Part shown: in pieces, positions 26,314-38,010 of the stretch | Numbering within the stretch: the stretch's first letter is position 1 | Layout: the number at the start of each line of letters is the position of its first letter | IMG/VR virus record: IMGVR_UViG_3300020161_002487 | Span: 1-63,347 of that record | Length of the DNA stretch: 63,347 nucleotides | From: a virus | Taxonomy: Duplodnaviria; Caudoviricetes | Reading direction: 5' to 3' (one strand) | Position numbers and translations under genes: made by a program | Notes under the pieces: generated by a model | The model's input: the letters and a program-made list of their open reading frames with translations, nothing else | The model's database searches: none | Told to the model about the DNA's origin: nothing

Positions 26314-27063
26314 ATGTACAATTTACAAGAAGCATATTTGGATGTTTATTATGATCTCGATGATGAAGTTTTTGATGAAGGATACCAGGGGATGGATCAT
26401 GGAAAGATTCAAAGACAAGCAAAAAGACTTGGTGGGAAAAGAGGTGATCTTCTTAGTAATATTTCCAAAATGTTGAGTAATCCTGGTTGGGCACAAGCGT
26501 CTACAAGAGCAGCAAGACAAAATAGAACACAATCTGGTCCTTATAGACAAGCAAAAGCACGGCAAGCAAGAGACGATGCAAGAGCAGACATCGAAAAATA
26601 TGGATTTCATGAACAAGTAGATCTCTACGATCTAATCTTCGACTATCTTCTCGATGAAGGTTATGCTGATACTGAACAATCAGCAACCGTAATTATGACG
26701 AACATGAGCGAGGATTGGATTGATGATATTTGTGAAGAAGTTATTGATGAGGCAAATCGAGCAGAAAGAGAACTCGGATATTCTCCGAGAGAACGTGAAA
26801 GAGCGAGAAATCTCAATCAACATACAGATAGACCCATATTTTATAAAACAACCAAAAAAGGTAGAGGTGACAACAGCGATCCACTCCTAAATAAAGCACA
26901 CAAAGGAATGACCGCAAATAGACAAGCATCTCATAAAGCAGGAAGACATCTTAGAGGTGATACTGGAGGATCTGGCAATGTAGTGAGATCACGCTATCAA
27001 GCAAATAAAGATCATGAGGATGGTTATCCATCAATCAAAAAAAGAGGTGGGGGTACTTTCTGA
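26314..27063 (+). CDS. Modular late protein, paralog of 23562
   Basis: Same leader and conserved blocks; different basic segments. Confidence 0.8.
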   Translation: MYNLQEAYLDVYYDLDDEVFDEGYQGMDHGKIQRQAKRLGGKRGDLLSNISKMLSNPGWAQASTRAARQNRTQSGPYRQAKARQARDDARADIEKYGFHEQVDLYDLIFDYLLDEGYADTEQSATVIMTNMSEDWIDDICEEVIDEANRAERELGYSPRERERARNLNQHTDRPIFYKTTKKGRGDNSDPLLNKAHKGMTANRQASHKAGRHLRGDTGGSGNVVRSRYQANKDHEDGYPSIKKRGGGTF

Positions 27064-27084
27064 AATAAGTTTTAACTAAAATGA

Positions 27085-27112
27085 AAAGAGGGTCCAACCG
27101 ACCCTCTTTTTT
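27085..27112 (+). terminator. Intrinsic terminator
   Basis: AAAGAGGGTC/GACCCTCTTT then T run. Confidence 0.8.
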
Positions 27113-27116
27113 ATGC

Positions 27117-27717
27117 TGTGCCACTTGATCAACTGAACCCCTTGACAAAAATGAATTATGATGGTATTCTTAAGAAGTCAACTTTATTTGATTATTATGA
27201 AAACCAAAGGACAAGACATTCCCAACACTAAATTTGTATTTCGTGAGAATGGGGAATTTGTAACTCGTAGTGTATTGGAACTTTTTGCGGGAAAGCGTGT
27301 TGTAATTTTCTCTCTTCCTGGTGCATTCACTCCTACTTGCTCTGCATATCAACTTCCTGGTTTTGAAGAGAAGTATGATGAATTCAGGGCACTTGGTATT
27401 GATGAGATTTATTGCATCTCTGTGAATGATGGATTTGTAATGAATGCCTGGACAAATGACCAAAATATTCAGAACGTAAAACTCATTCCTGATGGTAATG
27501 GAGAATTTACTGGCGAAATGGGAATGTTTGTTGATAAATCAAATCTTGGTTTTGGGTATCGCTCTTGGCGATATGCTGCTGTCGTAAAAGATGGTATGAT
27601 CGAAGAAATGTTTGTTGAGGATGGTATTCGTGATAATGCCGATACTGATCCTTATGAGGTTACGACTCCTGCTAATGTTCTGGCGTACTTGACTTCTTGT
27701 GCCACTTGATCAACTGA
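27117..27717 (+). repeat. 20-bp direct repeat TGTGCCACTTGATCAACTGA (27117-27136 and 27698-27717) flanking the peroxiredoxin gene
   Basis: Exact match; each copy precedes a TTGACA promoter. Confidence 0.88.
27197..27709 (+). CDS. Peroxiredoxin, type II (Prx5-like)
   Basis: PGAFTPTCS, SVNDGFVMNAW, RSWRYA motifs. Confidence 0.93.
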   Translation: MKTKGQDIPNTKFVFRENGEFVTRSVLELFAGKRVVIFSLPGAFTPTCSAYQLPGFEEKYDEFRALGIDEIYCISVNDGFVMNAWTNDQNIQNVKLIPDGNGEFTGEMGMFVDKSNLGFGYRSWRYAAVVKDGMIEEMFVEDGIRDNADTDPYEVTTPANVLAYLTSCAT

Positions 27718-27727
27718 CACATAAACC

Positions 27728-27761
27728 TTGACAGATCCATCATAATCTGTTACTATAAATA
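27728..27761 (+). promoter_or_regulatory. Overlapping sigma70 and T4 late promoters for psbA
   Basis: TTGACA-17-TGnTACTAT overlapped by TATAAATA at 27754. Confidence 0.75.
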
Positions 27762-27789
27762 CATCAACAAATCAGGAACCCCTGACGTT

Positions 27790-27905
27790 GTTCTTGTCCG
27801 ACCGAGACTAATGGGCAAGTAAAATCCGTCTCTCATGCCTACACTGGAGGGTGGTGTAGGATATACTGTAACTGTTCAGTTCCCCCTGAATTCTTATTTA
27901 CCCTT
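27790..27905 (+). ncRNA. Structured psbA leader, probably PhotoRC-II motif
   Basis: GAGAC/GTCTC and CCTACACT-GGAGG-GTGGTGTAGG helices upstream of phage psbA; family assignment from recall. Confidence 0.6.
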
Positions 27906-27915
27906 TAACGAAAAA

Positions 27916-30322
<2,407 letters not shown>

Positions 30323-30331
30323 TATAACAAT

Positions 30332-30366
30332 GGGGAACTCTTCGGAGTTCCTTTTTTGTATAAATA
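30332..30366 (+). terminator. psbA terminator followed by late promoter TATAAATA (30359)
   Basis: GGAACTC-TTCG-GAGTTCC then T run. Confidence 0.85.
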
Positions 30367-30389
30367 ATTAAGCACGAAAGGAAACACGA

Positions 30390-30830
30390 ATGACTAAACT
30401 ATACTCCGATCTTTATAGAACTTGTATGACTTGTGGTGAAGAAAAACTTTCCACTGACTTTTATGTAAGAAATAAAAAATTGAATAGAAGACATTCTGAA
30501 TGTAAAATCTGCACTGGAAAACGGGTAAAAAAAAGACACAAAGACAATCCAGAACGCACAAGAAATAATGACCTAAAAAGACTTTATGGCATTACTCTTG
30601 ATGAACATACACAAATGTATGAGGAACAAAATGGTCTTTGTGCTATTTGTAAAGGAGATGGTGATGGAAAATGGAAAAAACTTTGCGTAGATCACGACCA
30701 TAAGACAGGAAAAGTTCGTGAATTACTTTGTAGAAATTGTAATATAGTATTGGGACAAGTGAAAGATAATACAAATCTTTTGGAAGAAATGATCAAATAT
30801 CTAAACAAACACAACCCCCCATTGACATAA
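30390..30830 (+). CDS. Endonuclease VII-family homing endonuclease, F-CphI-like
   Basis: CAIC...VDHDHKTGKVRELLCRNCN; position directly downstream of psbA. Confidence 0.88.
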   Translation: MTKLYSDLYRTCMTCGEEKLSTDFYVRNKKLNRRHSECKICTGKRVKKRHKDNPERTRNNDLKRLYGITLDEHTQMYEEQNGLCAICKGDGDGKWKKLCVDHDHKTGKVRELLCRNCNIVLGQVKDNTNLLEEMIKYLNKHNPPLT

Positions 30831-30872
30831 GACCCCAACCCCACTATAATACTCACAAGGAAGCAAAACATT

Positions 30873-31070
30873 ATGACTAAACCACTCATCACACTAGAAG
30901 AACATAATAAACAAAAACTCACAATTTACGAAACACAAGGAAATGGCATTGCCTGTCCAAATTGTGGAAGTGAATTATTTGATGTAAATAATATGATGGC
31001 ACTTGCATCATATCCTCCACAATTTGCCGTCTTTTGTAGAAAGTGTAAATACCAAGGAACAAGATACTAA
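30873..31070 (+). CDS. Small Zn-ribbon protein
   Basis: CPNC...CRKC; TTGACA-TATAAT promoter upstream. Confidence 0.7.
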   Translation: MTKPLITLEEHNKQKLTIYETQGNGIACPNCGSELFDVNNMMALASYPPQFAVFCRKCKYQGTRY

Positions 31071-31226
31071 ATTAACATGCTGGGAATTCTCATCTTCTTC
31101 CAACTCTTCGGAGTGTTCCTCTTCATAATGTCTATTCTGTAGGACACATAAAAAACTGTCACATAAGGACTTGACTATTGAAAAATTTTCATATATACTA
31201 CTATTAGTAATTTTTACTCTAAAAAA

Positions 31227-31607
31227 ATGATTAAATCAATTCTTGTTGCTACTGCCGTTGTATTGACTACGATGCCTGCTTTTTCGGAAGAAATTCAGAT
31301 TACTCCGCTTACCAAAAAATCTTCTGCAGTATTTGGTCTCGTATCTAGTTATGATGGACCACCTACAATTTCACTTGCATCTAATGATGTTCCATCTGCA
31401 ATTCATTGTCGCAGTCGAGCACATTCAAAGTTCCTGGAACTTGGCGCTAAAAATATGTCAGAACCAGATAGTAATTCTCAGTGGGGAACATTGGGTAGCA
31501 TTAGGGCAGTTGTTTGGTGCCGTGGAACTCAAGCAATCATCGCTACTGCCGGAACTAATTATACTTCAGCAACTGAACTACGTGATGAGATCAGAAAGGC
31601 ATTCTGA
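31227..31607 (+). CDS. Hypothetical exported protein
   Basis: Signal-peptide-like N-terminus; palindrome and TTGACT promoter upstream. Confidence 0.7.
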   Translation: MIKSILVATAVVLTTMPAFSEEIQITPLTKKSSAVFGLVSSYDGPPTISLASNDVPSAIHCRSRAHSKFLELGAKNMSEPDSNSQWGTLGSIRAVVWCRGTQAIIATAGTNYTSATELRDEIRKAF

Positions 31608-31667
31608 TTTGCTCATTACAATTTCATAATGTCGCTCACCCAAGAACATTTATAAAAGTTGGATAAA

Positions 31668-31811
31668 ATGATTACATCGGAAACTCCAGATAAACTTGCA
31701 GAAATCATCCGAGATACTTGGCCAAATCTTTATCGACCACATAAAGATTATGTTCCACCTGCATTGTACTGGAAATCGAAGATTTCTCGGGATAAAGAAA
31801 ATGAATCATAG
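31668..31811 (+). CDS. Small hypothetical protein (47 aa, not in ORF track)
   Basis: Open frame MITSETPDKLAEIIRDTWPNLYRP... Confidence 0.55.
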   Translation: MITSETPDKLAEIIRDTWPNLYRPHKDYVPPALYWKSKISRDKENES

Positions 31812-32007
31812 AAAAAGAAAACAATCCGAAAATCTAAAGAAATCAAGAAAAGTAACATACAATCCATTTGTAAATGACCCATTGAATTCAAAATGTCCTT
31901 ATTGTGGAAAAATAAAGAAGATATGTTCTCATATAGATAGTTTAAGTCGTGCCTGGGGAAGAAAGGCATGTGCAAACAAACATAATCATATTAAAAAAGA
32001 TAATTAA
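31801..32007 (+). CDS. Small basic Cys-containing protein
   Basis: ATG 31801 within ORF 31696-32007; CPYC motif. Confidence 0.5.
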   Translation: MNHRKRKQSENLKKSRKVTYNPFVNDPLNSKCPYCGKIKKICSHIDSLSRAWGRKACANKHNHIKKDN

Positions 32008-32011
32008 ACTT

Positions 32012-32485
32012 ATGACGCAATTTCGTAACTTTATGAGACGATCCGCCGGAGAATGGAATTCCTATCGTCGATATTTGTACCCAAAAACAAATCAAATTTC
32101 AAATTTAAGAAGTGATTTGCTAGTTGAATTTGTTAGTGAAAATAAAGAAAATTTTCAGGTAGATCTATCCTGGAAAACTCATAATGAAAAAGATAAGGTA
32201 GTATCGCACGGCAAGATGATTACCATTGGAACTGAAGAAGAACTCCAAAGAAGTGTGGGGTATATGACAGAAGATTCTACTGTATGTTCAGTCAATATGG
32301 TAGATGATGATTGTGTAGTTTTTGAAACTTGTTATTCTAAAATGAGATTTCGAGAAGAGATTCGATTGATTGAAAACGATACGATTCGTCTCCGACAAAC
32401 TCTGGGATTTGAGGATGACTCAACTTCTCCATTTCTTTGTGGTCAGTACATGGAAACCAGAAAGATCCCAGGGCTTGACAAATAA
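32012..32485 (+). CDS. Phycobiliprotein lyase, CpcS/CpeS family
   Basis: FMRRSAGEWNSYRRY N-terminus; FREEIRL...RLRQT. Confidence 0.75.
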   Translation: MTQFRNFMRRSAGEWNSYRRYLYPKTNQISNLRSDLLVEFVSENKENFQVDLSWKTHNEKDKVVSHGKMITIGTEEELQRSVGYMTEDSTVCSVNMVDDDCVVFETCYSKMRFREEIRLIENDTIRLRQTLGFEDDSTSPFLCGQYMETRKIPGLDK

Positions 32486-32555
32486 AAAAGGTGTGATAAA
32501 ATGAAGATGGTTTGATGAAAACCATCAAAGTAAAACGATAAGTTAGATAAAATAT

Positions 32556-32954
32556 ATGAATAGTTTTCAATCAGAAAGTAAAAAATCTGGTGATGAATTT
32601 GAATTAATTGTCGAGAATGACATTATATCAAGAGATCTTCAGATCACAGGAAAAAATATACACATTAAAGGAATTGGAGTTGAGTTAGATTTTATTGCAA
32701 AATCAACTGATAATAATAAAATAGAATTAATTGAAGCTAAGGGTGGAAAGGCAGGGGGAATTAAAAGACCTGGGGCACAAAGAACTGATAGTGTTAAAAA
32801 AGCAATTTGCAATGGAGCATTGTTAAAGTTTAATGATCCAGCATCATATTATGTGGTTTATTTTTCTTCTCCACCAAAAGAAAATTCATATTCTCATGAA
32901 ATGATAGAAACGGCATTAAAATATAAATTAATTGATGAAGTTAGATATTGCTAA
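32556..32954 (+). CDS. PD-(D/E)XK nuclease-like protein
   Basis: GDEFE...ELDF...IEAKGG. Confidence 0.65.
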   Translation: MNSFQSESKKSGDEFELIVENDIISRDLQITGKNIHIKGIGVELDFIAKSTDNNKIELIEAKGGKAGGIKRPGAQRTDSVKKAICNGALLKFNDPASYYVVYFSSPPKENSYSHEMIETALKYKLIDEVRYC

Positions 32955-33081
32955 TAAATAGATAAAATTATTTTTATTTTATGAAAGAAAAAGATGGTAG
33001 TATGATGCCAATACTTAACGAAGTATTGGCATTATTAATTTCAATTTGTACAATATTAGTTCCAGTAATGATGATAATTAT

Positions 33082-33255
33082 ATGAAAGGTTTTATTACTC
33101 AAGATTTTTATGCAGCAGTTCCATTTGGAAAAAAACAATTAATGATCATTCACAATGGAAAACAACTTGAAGTTGTGAATACACAAAAACAAGCGGATAA
33201 ATTTATTCAGAAACATAGAGCCAGTACAGGAATTGGCACAGTGTTTGTGGCATGA
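33082..33255 (+). CDS. Hypothetical protein
   Basis: ATG 33082 within ORF 33046-33255. Confidence 0.6.
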   Translation: MKGFITQDFYAAVPFGKKQLMIIHNGKQLEVVNTQKQADKFIQKHRASTGIGTVFVA

Positions 33256-33296
33256 TCAAATTATTGTGCTATACTAAAACAATCTAATACAAACTT

Positions 33297-33611
33297 ATGC
33301 TCTCAACTAAAATCAGACTGATGTTGCAAGAGATTGCAAATAAAATAGAAAACCAACAAACTGTTAGTCTAGAAGAAATGATTCTAGCAGAAAAGTGGGC
33401 AAAATCAAATAGATCCGCAGCAGAGATACTCAGAAAGGCACGGCGAATTTCTATTCAAGGGAAAGGAGAACCAGGAAGCCTAGATGAGCTACTTCAGGCA
33501 ATGGATTTAGGTAACCCAGATCCATCAACTTATAAATCGGGTCCAATGTCACCAGATGATCTTGCGGATTTTTTTCGTAATGATAACGATGAGTGGCTTA
33601 AACGAGATTAA
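33297..33611 (+). CDS. Hypothetical protein
   Basis: 104-aa ORF after extended -10. Confidence 0.75.
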   Translation: MLSTKIRLMLQEIANKIENQQTVSLEEMILAEKWAKSNRSAAEILRKARRISIQGKGEPGSLDELLQAMDLGNPDPSTYKSGPMSPDDLADFFRNDNDEWLKRD

Positions 33612-33626
33612 TTTATTTTAAAACTA

Positions 33627-33863
33627 ATGACACCGTATTACTTACTTTGCTTATTTTTGGGCATCATATTGTACATGGCAGCAGTAGATCAAAATGTATT
33701 AGATTACATCACGATTCAACTAAATATTGCTAAAGTCACATTTGAAAAATTTATATGGATGGTCAGATTCCACCCCAGAAATCCTATCACCAATCTTATT
33801 ATGAAATTTAAATATGATAAGATCGCAAGGGAATTGCAAAAAGAATTTGAAAACAAAAACTAA
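33627..33863 (+). CDS. Hypothetical membrane-anchored protein
   Basis: N-terminal hydrophobic helix. Confidence 0.65.
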   Translation: MTPYYLLCLFLGIILYMAAVDQNVLDYITIQLNIAKVTFEKFIWMVRFHPRNPITNLIMKFKYDKIARELQKEFENKN

Positions 33864-33880
33864 AAAAAGGAATTTTTATT

Positions 33881-34519
33881 ATGAATGATGAAATTAATTT
33901 TTCAGACCTATCTTCTCTCCAATCTAGGATAAATGAGATCAAAAAAGAAGGAGAAGAATGCACAGATTTTACTTTACGTTACATTGAATGTTTAATGTAT
34001 CGGCATTCCCTACCCGAATGTATCCCAAGTGATGTCGAATTAGATTTTGTTTCTGATAACATTTTAGATCAAATTAAAAATGGAACTGTTCCGACCAAGG
34101 AAGAGCTGATTATCATGTCACCAGATGAACAAAACCAACTAATTTTTGAATTAATTTGGTTTTGTGGTATGGGAGCATTGGTTGCATATGGTGCAGATGA
34201 AGACAAATTAATGGTAGAAGGAGAAGAGGACAACGAAGAGAATGATGTGAGTAGTTTTGATGTAATTCTTGCCATGAGAAATGAATCAATGGCACACTAT
34301 TCTGCTACTTACATCATTGCTGCTCTTTCTCTGTTGATGGCACAGATTCCTTCTCAAGCATTAGTTTTAGCGATCACTAATAATTATGAAGATAGTGAGG
34401 AAAATATTCAATCCAATATGAATATTTTTATTGAGTTGGCGTCCGCAATTTTAGATCGACACCATGAAGATATGGCATACTTTGCCAGGGATATGCCAGT
34501 TGATGAACTGGTACATTAA
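33881..34519 (+). CDS. Acidic hypothetical protein
   Basis: 212-aa ORF with AAGGA RBS. Confidence 0.75.
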   Translation: MNDEINFSDLSSLQSRINEIKKEGEECTDFTLRYIECLMYRHSLPECIPSDVELDFVSDNILDQIKNGTVPTKEELIIMSPDEQNQLIFELIWFCGMGALVAYGADEDKLMVEGEEDNEENDVSSFDVILAMRNESMAHYSATYIIAALSLLMAQIPSQALVLAITNNYEDSEENIQSNMNIFIELASAILDRHHEDMAYFARDMPVDELVH

Positions 34520-34581
34520 ACCCCAACTTGGGTTTAATTTTTGTTATACTATTAATGTAAATCGAATACTCACAAAAAACT

Positions 34582-34815
34582 ATGACTATTTCTTCGATGG
34601 TAAATGATTATCTAGATGAAGCAAAATCAAATCTTCGTTCTGCCCTAGTTGCTGCAGCTAGGAATGAAAATCCAGATGTCGTAATTTACATTTCTAAAAT
34701 TATTAAAGATATTGATAATCTAGAAAAAATTGAAACTAAAAAAGAATTTGAACAAAAGATGCAAGATCAGTTTATGAAAAAGTTTATGAATGGCAATGGG
34801 TCTATGTTTATGTGA
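34582..34815 (+). CDS. Hypothetical protein
   Basis: ORF after palindrome and extended -10. Confidence 0.7.
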   Translation: MTISSMVNDYLDEAKSNLRSALVAAARNENPDVVIYISKIIKDIDNLEKIETKKEFEQKMQDQFMKKFMNGNGSMFM

Positions 34816-34853
34816 TTTCATCTATAATAAATATTTTGCATCTAGTTAAAAAT

Positions 34854-35024
34854 ATGAAATTAACCCAAGAAGAGTGGGATGAACTTGTAAGTATTAAAAA
34901 CGCAATCAATTATAGCCCATCAAGTGTAGTTCCAGATGAAATGGAAAGATTTACTGAGTTATTTGTTAAATCTATCGAAGGAAGAGGAAATAGGTCTACG
35001 TTTACAAATCCAACTAATTATTAA
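34854..35024 (+). CDS. Hypothetical protein
   Basis: MKLTQEEWDEL...; start uncertain (track gives 34812). Confidence 0.6.
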   Translation: MKLTQEEWDELVSIKNAINYSPSSVVPDEMERFTELFVKSIEGRGNRSTFTNPTNY

Positions 35025-35029
35025 TTATT

Positions 35030-35266
35030 ATGAAATTTACAATTTATTCCAAACAAGGTTGCCCATATTGCAATCAAATTAAGCAAGTAATGGAAATTAA
35101 AAATTTCGAACATGTTGTTTATACTTTGGATGAACATTTTACCAGAGAACAATTTTACTCACAATTTGGAAATGGAAGTACATTCCCTCAAGTTGTTATG
35201 GGAGAAACAAATCTAGGTGGATGTACAGATACGGTCAAATATCTACGAGAGCAGGGAATGGTATAG
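35030..35266 (+). CDS. nrdC: Glutaredoxin
   Basis: CPYC, TFPQV, GGCTD. Confidence 0.92.
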   Translation: MKFTIYSKQGCPYCNQIKQVMEIKNFEHVVYTLDEHFTREQFYSQFGNGSTFPQVVMGETNLGGCTDTVKYLREQGMV

Positions 35267-35619
35267 TGGACCAATATTGTAGTGATGTCGAACTGGCAAT
35301 TGATTATGCATTTAACGACAATAAATTTGTAATCAATTTTTATCAATACTTAAAGGGAAAGGACGCAACTAGAAATGATGCAAAATCATTCTTGAATAGT
35401 TCAACTGCAAGTAACATAAAGGAACAAATAGAAGAACTGGATGAATATTTAAAAGGAGGTCAAGATGACCTACATAAAATGTTCAGAGAGGCATATGGAC
35501 ATCTTCCCAAACCTTATGCAAGAAAAATTCGCAATTACCTATCTCAAATTATAAGCGACGCAGAAAAATATATCTATGATAAACGACCAGGAAGACGAAA
35601 GAAGGTTGAATCTAAATAA
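35266..35619 (+). CDS. Hypothetical protein
   Basis: ORF 35221-35619; likely GTG start near 35266. Confidence 0.7.
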   Translation: MDQYCSDVELAIDYAFNDNKFVINFYQYLKGKDATRNDAKSFLNSSTASNIKEQIEELDEYLKGGQDDLHKMFREAYGHLPKPYARKIRNYLSQIISDAEKYIYDKRPGRRKKVESK

Positions 35620-35767
35620 AGGTGTGGAGTTAATGCTCCGACAACGAAACAAAAGAAAAAAGGAGGAACCAAGTTTATTCTTTTTTAATTTTGGGAAAAT
35701 GGTTACCTTTTTTAATAGAGAGTTTCATTTTCATATTGAATTTCAAATAAAAAAAAGAAATTCTTAG
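35576..35767 (+). CDS. Hypothetical protein
   Basis: LNKGVELMLR; packed operon. Confidence 0.6.
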   Translation: MINDQEDERRLNLNKGVELMLRQRNKRKKEEPSLFFFNFGKMVTFFNREFHFHIEFQIKKRNS

Positions 35768-35776
35768 GAGAAAAAA

Positions 35777-36019
35777 ATGTTAAATTCAGCAATATTAATG
35801 ATAACTATATTATTAACTTTATTGTTCTTTGTGGTTGGTGGAATTGTCGGGTGGTTAGCCAATCAGCACTTGCTGGAAAACAAACCTCCATATTTGCACC
35901 CAGAAATGTTCGATAAGAACGGAAACATATTACCAGATGAAATAGTTGCAGTATCTTTTAGTCCAGATTATTTTGATGATGATGAATATGAAGACGAAGA
36001 TGATGATGACGACGACTGA
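35777..36019 (+). CDS. Small membrane protein with acidic tail
   Basis: TM helix, HPEMFD motif, poly-D tail; AGGAG RBS. Confidence 0.75.
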   Translation: MLNSAILMITILLTLLFFVVGGIVGWLANQHLLENKPPYLHPEMFDKNGNILPDEIVAVSFSPDYFDDDEYEDEDDDDDD

Positions 36020-36079
36020 TAAAAATACTTCAATCTATGAGCTAAATAAAAATATAATCATTTTAAATTTTTAAATATT

Positions 36080-36682
36080 ATGACTATTGCAACAACAAAG
36101 ACGACAGTGAAAAGGAAAAGTGCCACTAAACCAAACCCAGTGGCACAAGTACAAGAAGAAAACATAGAACTTCAGCCCAATCCATTTCAATATGAAATTC
36201 TGGAATTGGTTTCACGACAAGCAACAAATGATAAGAAGGTAGAACTCCTACAGAAATATCGAAATCCAGCATTGGTTTCATTGCTTATTTGGAATTTTGA
36301 TGATACTGTAATTTCTATTTTGCCAACTGGAGCAGTTCCATATTCTAGTGTTAAAGAACAGACACCTGGAAATGATGATCTATCAACCAGTATCGAAAAG
36401 CAATTAAATACACCACAAAAAGTGGATACTTATGTATCGGAAAAGCAGACAACATTGAGAAATGAAGTTGGTCTTTTTTATAATTTTATTCGAGGCGGAA
36501 ATGATAGTCTATCAAAGATTCGTAGAGAAACCATATTTATCAATCTTCTAGAAGGACTTCATGCCAAAGAAGCAGAAATTATAATTTTGGTAAAGGATAA
36601 ACTACTTCAATCTAAGTATAAAATTACAAAGACTATTGTTGGTGATGCATACCCAGATATCGTTTGGGGAGGTCGCTCTTGA
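36080..36682 (+). CDS. Conserved T4-like hypothetical protein
   Basis: RRETIFINLLEGLHAKEAE motif. Confidence 0.8.
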   Translation: MTIATTKTTVKRKSATKPNPVAQVQEENIELQPNPFQYEILELVSRQATNDKKVELLQKYRNPALVSLLIWNFDDTVISILPTGAVPYSSVKEQTPGNDDLSTSIEKQLNTPQKVDTYVSEKQTTLRNEVGLFYNFIRGGNDSLSKIRRETIFINLLEGLHAKEAEIIILVKDKLLQSKYKITKTIVGDAYPDIVWGGRS

Positions 36683-36702
36683 GTATATCTACGGAGAAAA
36701 CA

Positions 36703-37011
36703 ATGTCACATTGGACTAACGAAGAAAAAAAAGATCTTCCTATGAAGTATGGATGTGAACTAATATATTCTTCGACAAGTATCCAACAAGCAAAAGACTC
36801 TTCTTTGCCCAATGACGGATATCTAGTTTATTATAAAGTAAATAATGAACTTCATATGGATGTTTGTAGAGGTAATAAAAGAGTAGATATCTTTGATCTA
36901 TACTATGATAAGTTTGGTCCAAACTCAGTTCAAAAAATTGATTTTGGATATGGAAGAACAAATCCAAAGTTATGGAATTACAAGTCACCAGATAAAAAGA
37001 AAAAGAAATGA
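36703..37011 (+). CDS. Hypothetical protein
   Basis: GGAG RBS before ATG 36703; DIFDLYYDK...GRTNPKLW. Confidence 0.7.
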   Translation: MSHWTNEEKKDLPMKYGCELIYSSTSIQQAKDSSLPNDGYLVYYKVNNELHMDVCRGNKRVDIFDLYYDKFGPNSVQKIDFGYGRTNPKLWNYKSPDKKKKK

Positions 37012-37180
37012 GCGGATTTGCAAAAGTAATCATCAATAAAGATGAAGTAGACACACTTTTAAAGAAGTATAAAAAAATCAAAAAATATATGTCATCTTCT
37101 TACTATGATATCAAAAAGATGGACAATTCAGAAACCATCGTTAATAATTTAATTCAAGACTATCCACCAACAGAATAATA

Positions 37181-37507
37181 ATGGGAAAGCATTACTTACT
37201 TAACTTATATGGTTGCTCATTTGCTCTTTTAGACGATGAGCAATTTCTTTTAGATTTATTAGAGAATGCTGCGATTGCTAGTGGTGCAACAGTAATTCAA
37301 ACAATTTCAAAAAAGTTTGAACCTCAAGGATGTACTGTTTTATCTCTTCTTGCGGAAAGCCATTTTTCAATTCATACTTGGCCCGAAGAAGGTAAGGCTG
37401 CCATAGATTGTTATACCTGTGGAGATTGCAATTCTAGAATAGGATGTGATATTATTATATCACAATTACATCCACAGAGATATAAGTTAGAGTATATAGA
37501 AAGATGA
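37181..37507 (+). CDS. speD: S-adenosylmethionine decarboxylase proenzyme
   Basis: LAESHFSIHTWPE, DCYTCG. Confidence 0.93.
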   Translation: MGKHYLLNLYGCSFALLDDEQFLLDLLENAAIASGATVIQTISKKFEPQGCTVLSLLAESHFSIHTWPEEGKAAIDCYTCGDCNSRIGCDIIISQLHPQRYKLEYIER

Positions 37508-37588
37508 AAGAACATTCACTTTATAGAGGTTATATTGTTATTGAATATGGTAAGGTTTTTAGTGAAAAAAGAGGATAGAAGATAATCC

Positions 37589-37819
37589 ATGAACGAAAAA
37601 ATTTTAAAACAAGTATTGATTTCAATTGATCATCAGATAAAATCAATACAAAGTTCGATTGATGTAATAAAAACTTTGATCGGAGAATCTAATGATGATG
37701 ATGATGTAATTGGTTCATCGGAAGAAATGAGAAAAAATAATATCTTGGAAATAAAATTAGAAGATTTTGTTGCAAAAATAGAAGATACATACGAACCAGA
37801 ATATTTGGAGAATGAATAA
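37589..37819 (+). CDS. Hypothetical protein
   Basis: 76-aa ORF in operon. Confidence 0.6.
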   Translation: MNEKILKQVLISIDHQIKSIQSSIDVIKTLIGESNDDDDVIGSSEEMRKNNILEIKLEDFVAKIEDTYEPEYLENE

Positions 37820-37821
37820 TT

Positions 37822-38010
37822 ATGTACGATGATTTGTCTCAATTTGAACGATCACTTGCCAGATTTGGCGATAAAGTTGGTCTTATTGCTGGATTAGAAA
37901 TTACAAATAAAATTTCACCAGAACAAGCGTATCAAGAAATTAAAGAATTATATAAAGAATTAAAATTACTTCGTAAACTAGAAAAACCTTCTTGGGGGCA
38001 ATTAGAATGA
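37822..38010 (+). CDS. Hypothetical protein
   Basis: ATGA overlap with thyX. Confidence 0.7.
   Translation: MYDDLSQFERSLARFGDKVGLIAGLEITNKISPEQAYQEIKELYKELKLLRKLEKPSWGQLE

Noticed and set aside
23534-26711. Diversity-generating retroelement template/variable repeat pair
   Set aside because: Mismatches are few and not adenine-specific, and no reverse transcriptase is present in the window.
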